A stretch of 63,218 nucleotides of DNA, counting the filler, from Kipferlia bialata (lineage: Eukaryota): the NCBI GenBank assembly GCA_003568945.1. It is 5 parts of 5 records of this genome, joined end to end, with 100 filler letters (N's around TTAATTAATTAA, not from the genome) between each part and the next. Parts side by side here need not be neighbours in the genome. Positions count along the whole stretch, not along the records: positions 1 to 18,197 come from BDIP01000487.1; 4 more parts are not named here. The stretch is one strand, 5' to 3'. The notes under the pieces are model-generated. The model searched no databases. It saw only the letters and a list, made by a program, of their open reading frames with translations, and was not told the DNA's origin. Positions within the stretch are counted from its first letter, which is position 1. The number at the start of each line of letters is the position of its first letter. Below, piece after piece: positions 1-13,199 of this stretch. The position numbers were made by a program, and so were the translations under genes.

Positions 1-11
1 GGGGGGGGGGG

Positions 12-57
<46 letters not shown>

Positions 58-662
58 GTTCCAATACAATATCATTGTCGATACCCGCATATACAGGGGA
101 CGGGCGCTGTATGTATGACACAGGCAGAGAGAGAGAGAGAGCGTCTCACACGCCAAAGTACCTTTCAACGATATACAAGTGCCATATGCACAAGTATAAA
201 TATATATGTATATACTTACTTCCACACTAATATTCTACTAGAGAGAGAGAGAGAGAGAGACCACCTGCACCCAGGCACCCACAAGGGGTGTTCCGGCTGG
301 AACTGCTTCTGTTCCGGTGCATCAGATAGATAACAAAAGAAAAGAGACGAAAGTAGGAAGATGCCTCTGAAGGACGTCTGGAAAGTGAGACGTCCAGGAT
401 CTAAATTGGGAACATCCCCCAACACTTTGTGTCTATTTTTAGTCCCATTTAGTCCTCGTTGTCCGCGGCTGTAATGCAGGTACATGACGCGGTTCATGTA
501 TCTACGTTGTGTCAACGAAATGAGTACCATATACACTACTAATAGTAATGGATCATGTCTATAATTTACTAACAAGTGACAGCCTGTTCGATATATGGCT
601 GATAGAAATGGCTGCTTCGTCCAAGGTCATACTGTCATGCCTGTGCTAGTGTGGACATACAA

Positions 663-703
663 CCATCATTAACGCCATCATTAACGCCATCATTAACGCC
701 ATT
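663..703. repeat. 12-bp tandem repeat (CCATCATTAACG)x3
   Basis: Directly visible in intergenic sequence. Confidence 0.85.
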
Positions 704-803
704 AGCGGCTTGTACACTCGGGTGTGAAACTACAGTGCAGTACACACACTCTACTACTACTGTTACTCTCTCTCCCCCCCTCTCTCTCTCTCTGTCTCTT
801 TCT

Positions 804-3800
804 CTACTGTACTAGGTCCATAGGCAGAGAGGGCTTCCCACTGCAGTGGATGGTGCCATCAAACTGGGGTGAGTACACGGATAAGAACCTGGCAGATACA
901 TGGAGTACAATGAGAACAACATTGAAGTGGTAAGTCAATTGGACTAAGTATAATAGATCTATCTCTAAGTGTACCCTTGAGCTGTCTGACCCCTCTGACC
1001 CATGGGTATGATACAGAGTATAGAGTATAGCAAAGTATATATATATTATACATAGTATATAGACATATACATACCCTTGAGCTGTCTGACCCCTCTGACC
1101 GGTGGGGATAGGATATAGAGTATATAGTATAGCAAAGTATATAAAAACTATGTTATATATAGAATATTATATATAGTATATGCTATATGCGTACCCTTGA
1201 GCTGTCTGACCCCTCTGACCCATGGGGATAGGATATCCTGACACCATACATAGATACAGTATACATAGTATATATATACATATACATATATACATACCCT
1301 TGAGCTGTCTGACCCCTCTGACCCTGGTGGGTATGATATCCTGACACACCCCATAAACAGGGGGACCTGTGGTATGAGTAGAGAATGGTAAATATGAATA
1401 GATAAACTGTTATAGGTAATAATATACTAGTATAGTATATATATAGAAATACATGTTGTCACTTAAGGATATCCTGACACAGCCCATGAACAGCGGGACC
1501 TGATGCATAAGAATCAATGTATAGTTAGATTAGTGTGTATACAAAAATGGGTACTATATATGTACAACAAATGGAATATATCCTGACCCTGCCTGTGAAG
1601 AGGGGAACCTGGGGTATGATAATGAATAGTATCAACACAAAATACTTTGGAATGTATTAAATACCTGTTCCCTCAGCCAGTCCACGTGTCTGAGCAGTAT
1701 CTCTCTCTCTCTCTCTCTCATCAAAAGTATATATATACATACATATACTTGGACTACCTGATCTCTCAGCCAGTCCACGCGTCTCAGCAGTGTCTGCACA
1801 TTGACATCCCCCCTTCTCTCTCTCCCCCTATATATATGGATATTAATATATATATATATATCTATCTATATACCTGTTCCCTCAGCCACTCGACGTGTCT
1901 GAGCAGTCTCTGCACATTGGCGTCTCTCCTCTCCTCCCTCACTCTCTGTCTCTCTCTCTCCCTAGCAGCTTCTCTCTCTCTCTTATCCTTGTCGCCAAAG
2001 TGCACGGCAGTGCCATCGGCTGAGATGTACTCGATGCCTGAGGTCAGACACACATTTATAATAATAGTGATATAACAATACACACACATATACTACTACA
2101 TGTCTATATATTTATGACAGTGCACGGCAGTGCCATCAGCCGATATGTACTCAAAACCAAGAGTAAGACACGATTCTCCACATATCCCCTGTCTTTACAA
2201 CATATCATTTACAATACAACACTAACTGTATTGAATTATAGATGCTCATACCCTGGTCGATGTCCCCTGCTATGTCATCATGCACAGTGGCAGAGGTGTT
2301 GCCATGGCCGGCCTGGAGGGTGAGAGGTTACAAAGGAGTTACATGTGTATATATAGAAAGACAGACAGAGAGAGAGAGTGGTGTTGCCATGGCCGGCCTG
2401 GAGAGTGAGAGGAATATCCAATGATGAAGGCTCTTTCACATGAAGTGGGGCATGAATATATACCCACCTGGTACCCCGAGGGAGCCTCTATGTGCCATAT
2501 CTGCTCCATCCACGCAGCATACAGCACATCAAGTCTCTAAGGGTAAGCTAATGATAATAGAATAGTGTGACATGATACAATTTGTCGATCCACATATATA
2601 TACATCATACAGCACATCAAGTCTCTGAAGGTGAGAAACTCCTATGTGTAACATACTAACCAAGCAGCATAGAGGACGTCGAGTCTCTGTCTGAAAGCTA
2701 ATGGGCTAATGGTACTAATTTCACTCTACACGTACCGGCTTCCTCCTTGGCTTGGGCATGGTGCTAGGCAGTCTGAAGAGAGGGTTCCTGCCAGGCCTGG
2801 GTGAGTGACATGCAACCGAGTACAAACAACCAGAGACAATACACGCAATTAAAACAATTGGATAGTGTACTGTACCTAGGTGCTCTGTGCATCGGTGTGG
2901 GTTGTATGTAGTTGGGGTCCAGCTCCTTGAGTCTCTGCTTCTCTCTCGCACGCTCCTTCCTGGCCTGTCTCTCTCTCTCCTCTGCCTCCTGAAGTATTAG
3001 GGGTGAAGCAGATGATATAGATGGTATAGAATAGAGCATGCAATTTAGAAACACTAATGATCAATGACTGTGTTGTGTGTTCCTTCTCTCCCTGTGGATA
3101 ATGGTCCAAGCCTCCTATGACCCATTCTCTCTCTCTCTCTCTCAACGTATATCTTCTATCCAATAAGTATATATATACTCATTCATACCTCCTTCTCCCT
3201 CTCTGGGTCCCACCCCCCCATGACCCACTCGAAGAACTCGTCCATCAGCCTAGGGTCAGCAGAAGATTACACAAAAGGTATATATACACTTTACCCTAGC
3301 CCTACTATGGAAGTGTATTGAATATCTGACCATCTCAGGGTACACACATATGTCAAGGAACAAACTTCTCTGGGTACCTGCCGGACTATACTACAGGAGA
3401 GTAGTGATACTCCTACTAATATACATAAAAGTATAATATTACAATACAAATATTATGTAAGTATAATATATATACAATAATACAATATTTGTAATATATA
3501 AACACACCTGTACTGCACCACAGCTGGGACTGGCACACAGACACAAGAGTAATACCGTGTGTATATGCATATATATATGAATATACACTATATATACATA
3601 TATATATATGTATACTATGTATACCTGTACTGCACCACAGCTGGCACTGGCACATAGACACAACAGCAATACCGTGTGTATATGTATATATATATATATA
3701 TGTATACTATACATATATATATATATATATATGTATCCTATATACACCTGTACTGCACCACAGCTGGCACTGGCACATAGACTGAGGGTGGGTTGGAGTC

Positions 3801-6800
3801 AGGGCCCACACCTCCACTGTTGTCTCCCTCTCCCTGTCTCTCAATCACAGAGAATGCCCTCTCCAGTGGGAGCCACTGCTCCATGTAGAACCTGGTCTGG
3901 AGTTAGGGATNCCCTCTCCAGTGGGAGCCACTGCTCCATGTAGAACCTGGTCTGGAGTTAGGGATACACTACACATATGCATATACACATACAGAGAAAG
4001 TGTGTGCGTGTACCTCTGCATCTGAGTTGATGGCCTCCCTGGTTGGTCCTTCTGTCTCTCCACTCTGTCCATAGAACCTGTCTATCAGTATAAATATAGA
4101 TGGACACATATATAGATATATATTATATACATATCATATGGATACTGATACTGATTCTGATACTGATACCCATAGAACCTGTCTATATGTATATACCTAT
4201 CTATGTAGCTGCGCTCAGCTGCCTTGACATCGATGGTCATGCCCTGGGGTGAGGATACTTAAGCATAACTTAAGGATATGTAACTGAGAGACCAAGAAAG
4301 AGAGAGGTGCCAGGCAATCAAAACTCATGTACTGAAGATAGCAGATATAGTCTTGCTCATGCATGTCAATACCATATAATAGTATGGCTGTACCTCCAAT
4401 ATTGTACTTCCAAGTATTCTTGCTCACCTCCCCGAAGTTCCCTATCATAGCGTTCTTGATCATGTCTGTCCAGTTCATGGTCATGCCATCACGCCACACA
4501 TGCCTCTGGGCACTGGCCTGGTGGGGTAGAGGTACACTCTATACAGATGTATATATACCAATATGTATATACATAGAGAGAGAGAGAGAGAGAGAGATCA
4601 TGGCCATGCCACACATGGCGCTGGGCACTGGCCTGGGGGGTTAGAGTGTACATCATAATACTCACATTAATATATATGCATGTCTAAATATAGAATGCTA
4701 CTGTTATATTCAATACATCTAAAGAAAGGGCTTCACGCCACACATGCCTCTGGGCACTGGCCTGGGGGGTCAGCAGACGGCAAATGTACAGGCATGTATA
4801 TATATAAGGAGAGGTTATGTACTATATATATGGAGAGCTCATGGTCGTAATGCCACACATGCCACTAAGCACTGGCCTAGGGGCTAGGGAGGAGAATTGA
4901 ACACCGTACTATCGCAAACTGCCGATCTCTGTCCATTAACCTTTGGAAGCATTCATACCTGTCTGAAGTGGTCACTGACCATGGCGTAGATGCCCTGGGA
5001 GCCTGGGAGGGTCAGGTATTACGCGATAATGGGAAATACCATACGTTAACGCGAGATAGATATATGTATACTTTACCTGTTGTCTGGTAACAGAGGACGA
5101 AGAACAGTCTTGAGAGCAGGTCTGTGTTGAAGACCTTGAGTGACTCATATGCATTGAGGTAGAGTGTCTCTCTCTCTCCCTCTCTCTCCCCTTGAATGTG
5201 TGCGAGTGCCATCTCTCTCATGAGGGTGTAGGAGGCATCGGCCGCAGCTGAGATTAGATTCTATAATAGTGTATTACAACATATATATATAGGTTTTGTA
5301 ACTACTTTTCAATGAGTAGATACATGCTCTCTCATGAGGGAGTAGGAGGCATCGGCGGCAGCTGGGGTAAGCATTGCGAATATCACACATTTCTATAACA
5401 ATTACTGGACTATAGAGAGACAAATATATCGAGTATAGGAGGGTAGGAGGCGTCTGTGGTGGCTGGTGTAAACATAGGGTAAGAGACGCCATACAAAATT
5501 CATGTAAATAGAGATACACATATCCACACCTGGTATGTTTGTCATTGAATACATACAGTTCTAAATATATACTATATAAATACACACACATATATATATA
5601 TACACATACACCCATATCCACACCTGGTATGTTTGTCATTATAATAATATTATATTATATATATCTATATATATCGCCCTCACGCCTCTGCTCTGGGTGG
5701 AGTCACCTGGAGGGTTAGACTAATGAAGGATAATAAGAATAGATTCAGGATAATAATGGACAAATTGCCAGGGGTTGGAGGGAAGCATTTATATGCTCAA
5801 TTCACCACGATAACAACATATAAAGAAATGTATGCAGACATGTGTATGTGACTCTGGCTGGAGTCACCTGGGGTTAAGCTACTCAATAGAACAAAATATA
5901 CATATATCCACTCTGGAGGTAATGTATTAATAATGTAATAATCAAATACTTCATTCTCAGCAGTATTCCACTTGTCTCATACCTGTCCCGAAGCTAAATC
6001 CCTGATATATACGCTCCATTGTATCCCTGTCCCAATATGTATACTTATAATATACATATATACCTGTCCCAAAGCACGAGTTCAGGATGAGACTGAAGAG
6101 GGCAGCCCTGTCCAGCAGAGAGGGCACAATCTACGCGGTGAGTACACAACATACTACACGATGACGTAACACTGTGAAATGTGTCAATTCTACGCGACGT
6201 GTACCTTGAACACGCTGTACATCTCGTGTCTGGTGTATGGGCATCCAGTGAGAGAGGCAGATGGTAGGTCGGCTGGGGAGATGCCGCTCTCCCTCTCTCT
6301 CTCCTTCTCCCTCTCCCTCTCCATGTCTTGCTGGTGCAGTCTCCTGCCACCCTCCACAGAGTGCAACAGCCTGGGTGTAAAGATAGAGTAGCTAACAAAG
6401 CTTAATAATATGATGTGCATGTGATATAACAATATGTACATTGTGCCTTCTGCCACCTGTCCTGCCACCTGTGTATATAGTGTAAATATAGGAAAATACT
6501 TGTAAATACGCATCACTACCTTGACATGATTGAGTCTATGATCCCCCCCAGTCTTGTGTATGCCTCACATCCTGTGCCACACTCACTGGCACAGGCAGAC
6601 TGGACCTCCCTGGCAACCCTAGTGTTAAGGTATAGAGGGATAATAGGAGTATCTATTGCACAGGAGTTACCTTGGCAACCCTAGTGGTTAGAATGGAATG
6701 GAGTATACAACAATATAGCATTATCACTACTCTCATATTCAGAGGCACAGGCAGACTGGACCTCCCTGGCAACCCTAGTGTTAAGGTATATATACATATA

Positions 6801-8815
6801 CACGATATCTATATACATTTGTATATATATACACTGGTATACATGATATCTAGGGCACAGGCAGACTGGACCTCCCTGGCAACCCTGGTGGTAAGGTATA
6901 TACATATACACGATATAAATACACATATATAATTAGATGCACATATACACTGGTATAAATGATATCTAGGGTACATGCAGACTGGACCTCCCTGGCAACT
7001 CTGGGTGTAAGGCATATATATATATACGATTAACATATATATCAACAGTACATATGATCACTATAATCATATTAATGGCACAGGCAGACTGGACCTTGCA
7101 ACCCTAGGTGTATGATATATATGGCGAGGTATAGAGGAGAGATAAATACATACATATATACGATATATAAATATACGACTACCATCCTACCTGACCCCTG
7201 CACACAGCATAGTGGTGACACAAGTCAGTCTCTGCTGGCCATCGATGACCTGGGGGTAAGGGACTATAGGATAGGGTAAAGTTCTCAGTAAGAGTATTCA
7301 TGTATATGCGAGTATATATTTGGAATCAGATACACTCATACCTCCAGGGTGTTGATGCCCTCGTCTGATGTCCCGTCTGTCAGTCTCTCTCTCCCCCTGG
7401 CAGATTAGCACGATGGGAACATATTTATACATAGTATCATGACACTATTCTACGCCAATAGGGTCAATGTGAATCCGCTGACTTCAATTTTTACCTGTGC
7501 TATGCTCCCACATGGACGGATGTACAGTAGTATACATATATACAAATACATATGTATGTATATGTGACACTATCGAGAGCGTCTATATATAATACTAAGG
7601 TACCTGTACACGTGTATGCTTCCACATGGATGGGTGGTGCCCTGCCTGGTGCCTAGGATAAGAAGATGTGTATACATGGGTAAAGGTACAAAACATGAAG
7701 TACAAATTAGGGCTATCCACCTTGCTTGGCCACCTCTGACAGACGCTGCACGTCTCTAAAGTATATACATTAGATATATGAACAGAGTAAGTATATAGTA
7801 TAATACAATATAGTAGAGTACAGTATATATATATAAATATATATGTACCTTGCTTGGCCACCTCTGACAGATGCTGCACATCTCTTGAATAGATATATGA
7901 GATATACATACAGAGTCTACATAGAGTATATACAGTATGTATAGTATAGTAAATATTTACATATATACCTTGCTTGGCCACCTCTGACAGATGTTGCACA
8001 TCTCTAAAGAGTGTCTCCACATGTTTCTCAGTCCAGCAGAAGCGTCTGAAGGGGTGAGCAGCATCGTAGTATATACCGAAATGCAATATTTCACAATATT
8101 TGATATAATAAAATACGTTATGAGGAAGAGAGTCCAGCTGAAGCGTCTGGAGGGGTGATCATAAATGTGAGAGCTATACATATACGTTGAAGCGCCAAGA
8201 GGGATGGTATGTCATACTATATATATGACTACATATACAAGAGAGAGAGAGAGTGATATATACCTCTGGAACAGGGGAATGGTCACTGCCAGGGGTGCAG
8301 TGTCACAGGTGCCCTCAGGGAGTAGCTCGCCAAAGGTACACCTTGATTGTAAGCAGACAGATAGAGACAGACAGACATACAGACAGAGAGAGAGAGAGAA
8401 AAGGGGGGGGGAGGCATATATACAGGCATACAGACAGAGAGAGATGTGCTGTCAGGGAGTAGCTCGTCAAAGGCACACCTACGGAATAAGAGGTATATCG
8501 TTGGCATAAGAACAAAAATATTTATAACTGGGAGATAGAAACTATGTCAGTGATATGGAGTCGCTAATATGGGAAAGAATATGATAGGAGGGAGAGGGTG
8601 TGAATAATGGTGATAGACAAGGGGAGAGAATATAAAACTTTCAGGGGGGGTCCCATGAATATACAAAATGTATACTAACACACTATCTCCCTGTCTTTGT
8701 GATTGAGGAGAGGGGGGGGAATCACACCATACTCCTACCACCAATGCTATTATATATCCATACATATACCCTACCTCCCTGCCTCGACTGTGATGCGGTC
8801 AGGGTCATAGGGCAT
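804..8815 (-). CDS. DUF262 (GmrSD N-terminal, ParB/Srx-fold) domain protein, about 24 exons, no HNH/DUF1524 domain seen
   Basis: Hand-spliced GT-AG exons stay in frame from MPYDPDRITVEAGR (ATG 8815) to FDGTIHCSGKPSLPMDLVQ* (TAG 804-806). They carry the DUF262 motifs in order: IPLFQR-RFCWTEKHVETLFRDV (about 8280-8000), HPCGSIHVY (about 7620), LEVIDGQQRLT (about 7345-7225), IVPSLLDR, and GIYAMVS...RDGMTMNWTDMIKN (about 4990-4450). An upstream exon may exist, and one junction near 5550-5680 is less certain. Confidence 0.8.
973..1612 (-). repeat. Exon-edge echoes around the VPLFMGCVRISYPPGSEGSDSSR exon
   Basis: ACCCTTGAGCTGTCTGACCCCTCTGACC occurs at 973, 1073, 1193 and 1296. Acceptor-side copies lie at about 1468-1500 and 1579-1610. 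Confidence 0.9.
6588..7106 (-). repeat. Acceptor-edge echoes of the RVAREVQSAC exon
   Basis: GGCACAGGCAGACTGGACCTCCCTGGCAACCCT-like units occur at about 6588 (real exon), 6744, 6854, 6976 and 7077, with a short unit at 6670. Confidence 0.9.
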
Positions 8816-9131
8816 GGCTGGGGGTGAGACAGACAGAGAGAGAGAGAGAGAGAGGGAGAGAGGTGCGGTCAGGGTCATAGGGCATGGCTGGGGGTGAGGT
8901 ATAATGAATTGTAGTAAAGTATATGGGTATATGGGAATCTCTGTAGATAGGGAAACAGAAAGAGAGGGAGAGGTCAGGGTCATAGGGCATGGCTGGGGGT
9001 GAGGTATTGAATAGAATACAAAACACATTTACTATCAGCAGTAAGGGAATAATTGTATACAGGGAGAGAGACAGAGAGAGAGAGGTCAGGGTCATAGGGC
9101 ATGGCTGGCGGTGAGACAAAGGGAGAGAGAT

Positions 9132-9174
<43 letters not shown>

Positions 9175-9196
9175 GAGAGAGGGGGGGGGGGTATAC

Positions 9197-9962
9197 AGAG
9201 GAACTTGGTATCCATTACTATCAAACTAGAGTAATGTAGTCGTAGGGAGTAAAGTGAAGGGAGGGAAGAGAGGTATATACTCAGAGAAGGATATAATGGA
9301 TATAATATAGTATATGTGAGTACAATCCAGGACCAACCTGTCCGCCCACCCGTGCTCTGCCACCATGCTGGATATGTCAGGGTGCATGATACGCATCCCG
9401 GCAGAGGGTGCAAGGGCCCGGAGGGCAGATCTGGACTGAGACCAAAACGGTACCGGTACCGAACATGATACCCACAAATAACACATGCACACAATACATA
9501 CCTCTTTCCACCCCCGGCCACCCCCGAGAGGATGAGTATGGAGGGTCTCTCTGTCATCCAGGAGGTCAGACGGCTGAGGTGAGTGCAATGAGGGTGGCTA
9601 TGGGGTATTGGGATACAGACACTTGGGAATGATATTATTGCAAGAACCGACACTGGAGCTGTCCCCATATACTTATCATATTGCATACACTACCTCTTTG
9701 TCTTGTCTCTGATCATATCTAGGTTGGGTGCAAGGGTCATTGGGAATGGATATCGCTTCACACTGGTCTGTTTTCGCTGGAACCGGGGTCTCCTCAGGCT
9801 GTTCTGAGACATCTTCTGCGACGTGGCTTGACGCTGTGACGCCCGAGGAGGAGACACCGAGAGGGAGAGAGAGCTGGAGCTGGAGAGAGACAGAGTGGAC
9901 TGTTGGAAGGTCATCGTCTCACTGGACTGGGAGTCCTCAACCACGCGTCTGGACCGCTTCAT
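9197..9962 (-). CDS. P-loop NTPase N-terminal fragment, Rad17/clamp-loader AAA+-like (partial, or fused to the DUF262 gene)
   Basis: Exons 9962-9694, about 9573-9502 and about 9430-9337 splice in frame to ...KRYPFPMTLAPNLDMIRDKTKSRLTSWMTERPSILILSGVAGGGKRSALRALAPSAGMRIMH, a Walker A-like motif after a hydrophobic strand. A possible 29-nt exon at 9225-9197 adds SLIVMDTKFL. Confidence 0.5.
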
Positions 9963-10364
9963 CCCGAGGGTATATCGGGCTCACCACCCAGGAAACAACC
10001 TCACGTAGTTCGTACTCGGCTTATAAACTGATATATATACCGACTTAAGAAGAGACTAGGACCAGCGAATATCTCACCCTACACCCCTAAGCCAAAAAGT
10101 AGAATGTTCGTGAGCGAACATTATGTTCGGAACATACAGGTGCATCGACCAGCCAATGATTCACATAGACTATTTGACCTAATGACACCGCATACCACGG
10201 AGCAACCTCATTTAATCACAAGACACACAACACAAAGTACACATAAACAACCCTCACCCAAGAAAGGGGGCTAACACACATACATACAAGGTGGTATCAA
10301 AACAACGACACCTAATGACGACTAACATACACAATACAATCTCACTCCCAGAACGGGACTCCCC

Positions 10365-13199
10365 CTACTTCCTGATGGCTGTGGGCTTCACCTTGTAGGA
10401 CATCTCCCACAGCTCTTCGGCGTCTGTGTCCTCTGCGGTGATGAAGTCACACAGCCTGGGGTGAGAGGGGGGGAGGGGAGGGAAAGACTACATAATATGG
10501 ATATATGGTCAGTGCATACACACCTAGGGTCCACCGTGTAGTGCACGGGCCTGAGCTGAGGGGCTAGGTACCCCAACACATGGGCGTATATCTGACAGCA
10601 CCGGGTGAAGTTGACCTAGAATGAGAGAGAGTTAGAAGAGTCTGTACAAACACATTTGTATAGTCTTCCCACCTGTCCGTGCTCCACCTTCTCGCTCCCC
10701 TCCTCAACCATGATCAGGTCCTTGCACGTCAGACCACTGTAGGGGACATAGGAGCCTGTGCCTGCAAAGGTGACCTCCTTCTGCACCACACCCTCGGCAG
10801 GGGGGTGGAGCAGGGCCACCATTGCCTTCCTGTATGCCGCATAGTTGTGCTCAATGTCGATGAAGGCAGCCAGGGCATCCAGGCTGCGCTGTGCCTTAGA
10901 GGTGACTGCAATGTCGCTGGACTGGATCAGACGCTTGACCTAGGGTGAGTGAGGGTATGAGGTCTAGAGCATAAATGAACCATAAAGATATACAGATGTA
11001 CAGATACATAGATTTGATATTATTGTCTTATCAAAGTGTACCTGTGGGCATCTGAGGCCACTGAACACTGCAAACAGGGCCTCGAACTGCCTCATGGCCT
11101 TGAGCTCACAGGCCACAGCCACAAAGTGGGAGAAGGCCTGGGACCGGTAGGAGCTGTCCTGGGGTTGGACTAGAGGGTATACATATACACATATACATAC
11201 ATGGGAGAGAGATGGAAGTAAGGCCGTACCTCCGATGTGATGAGCACCCTGGACACCCATGCGGATATGGAGTTGTGCCTCTGGATCAGTATGCGCACAT
11301 GGGGGCACAGGTGGTACTGGGACGCCTTGGTGAAGATCTGGTTCACTAGCTCTCTGGGGGTCAGATTGCAATGCAATAACAGACACACTTAACTGTCACA
11401 TACCCCTACTAAGAAGGTAACGTGCCATGTGCACCTCTTACATATACATATATACACATACATACCTAGGGTGTATGTGTGAGTATGCCTCGTGCAGGAT
11501 GTATCCGACGTGGTGTGCCAGGGTGGAGGGGGACAGACCCAGGAGCACATGGGAGGGAAGGTCCCTCTTGCTCCCTGGCGTCTCTCCCTCCTGTGTGGTC
11601 TCCTCGGGAGGCAGGATGGTGGTGACGGTATGGGGGGGAGTGAGGTGGTACCCCGTCTCCCTGTGCTCCCTCTCCCCGTCTCTCTCCCCCATCAGCTCCC
11701 TATACCTGCCGCCAACCTCGTCTATCTCAGCCACACCCAGACAGGCCAGGGCCGGCACAGAGGGTGCGTGTGGGTAGGGCGTCTCTATCTGCTGGGCTGG
11801 GAAGGGGTGGGGCTGGACACCAGGCAACACAATGGCGGTGGGCACACACATGGTGGGGAGGGTCGCCTCTGTAGCAGGGGAACCCTCCTCCCCTACCACA
11901 GTGGCTAAGGAGGCAGAGGGGGAGGCCGGGGTGACTGCTGGGGACGTGGCCCCTGGGTATGTGTCAGCCAGGGTGGCGTCCAGCCGCTCCATGTCTGACA
12001 GTATCAGCTCAGACAGAGACCCAAACACAGAGGTCGACAGGGACACAGCAAACTCAGCCACCTGCTCCAGGAGGGGCAGGGAGAAGTCATCAAAGTACGA
12101 TGTCAGCCACTTGTGCAGCAGCAGAATGACACACCGCTGCCTGGGCAGCTGCTGGTCCACCACGTAGCTCTGGCGCTCCATCTCGGACAGACCCTCGGGT
12201 ACGGGCAGGGCATACACGTCGAGTAGCTTCTCCAGCAGAGACTCAGCCGAGAGGTAGACTGGGTACACGAGGAGGAACACATTCTGGGTGTATGCACGGG
12301 CACTGAGAGTGAGAATCACAAAGAGATTCATAAATCCTCACTTATATGTCTATACTGATGACAAAATATATGGACTAACCTAGGCGTCTGCTTTGTGTCT
12401 GTCATTGTGAGGACTACCCTGTTGACATAGCATCTGCGGAGGATCCTTGGGTGAGGGATAAGTGAAGGAAGGGAAAGAGAGGTAGAGAGAGATCTGTGCA
12501 CCTGACTGACTCTGGCACTGGCATCCACCCCCCTGGGAGTGCAATGGCATTGCCCCAGTGGGTGTTGGCATCAGAGGCGGCGGGCTCTGCCATGACAGGC
12601 CTGGACAGGGCCACCTTCTTGGAGACAAACCCATCTGGGGGTGGAAGACACAAGAGAGAGAGACACTTTGCGGAGGGGGGGGAGGGGGGGGGGGCTTCAT
12701 TAGTAACAATAACACTGTACCTGTTCCTATGTGCTTCTTGAAGATTAGGAGCAGAGCATCGTCCTTGAACTCACATGCCCTGAGGTGGGAGAGAGGGTGC
12801 AAAGACAATCACAATAGTGCTGCACCTTGACACGCATACACCAGACATTGCCAAAGGTACGTGACAGATCATGTAACAGACACGTAACTACAAGGGTTGT
12901 GAGTGTATCTGAACAGCCAGTGTCTAGTATAGAAGGACGAAAGCTCAGACTGGATACCTCACGAGCTCCAACTTGTAGGGAGTGTCTCCAAGCTTGGCCA
13001 GACGGCCGAATGTGCGTGTGGCAAGGTCCTTGTACTGCACCATGTCATATCCAACAGGAACATCAAGCCTATAGGGCTCATAAGACTCAACCTGCACATA
13101 TAGAGCGAGTGTCTCGCTCTTAGGGGCTTCCTCAGCGATAGCCTTGGTCTCTGGGCCATCCTGCGACACTACTGGCACATCATCCTCGATTTCGGGCAT
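10365..13199 (-). CDS. Ras guanine-nucleotide exchange factor (REM + CDC25 domains)
   Basis: The spliced product has the REM signature VFLLVYPVYLSAESLLEKLLDVY...RCVILLLHKWLTSYFDDF. It also has CDC25 signatures LSPSTLAHHVGYILHEAYSHIHPREL, IQRHNSISAWVS, RQFEALFAVFSGL, VPYSGLTCKDLIMVEEG, VNFTR and LWEMSYKVKP. Stop at 10365-10367. Confidence 0.9.

Noticed and set aside
804..863. GTIHCSG as an amidinotransferase/PAD catalytic motif
   Set aside because: No other motif of that fold is present, and the exon is the in-frame end of the DUF262 gene.
973..1325. 28-bp direct repeats with 70-90 bp spacers resembling a CRISPR array
   Set aside because: The repeats are exon-end plus donor copies, the spacers are related TA-rich intron sequence, there are no cas genes, and the context is eukaryotic.
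10115..10129. Similarity to the Gram-positive LexA box CGAAC-N4-GTTCG
   Set aside because: The spacer is 5 nt and the context is eukaryotic, so it is kept only as a generic inverted-repeat array.
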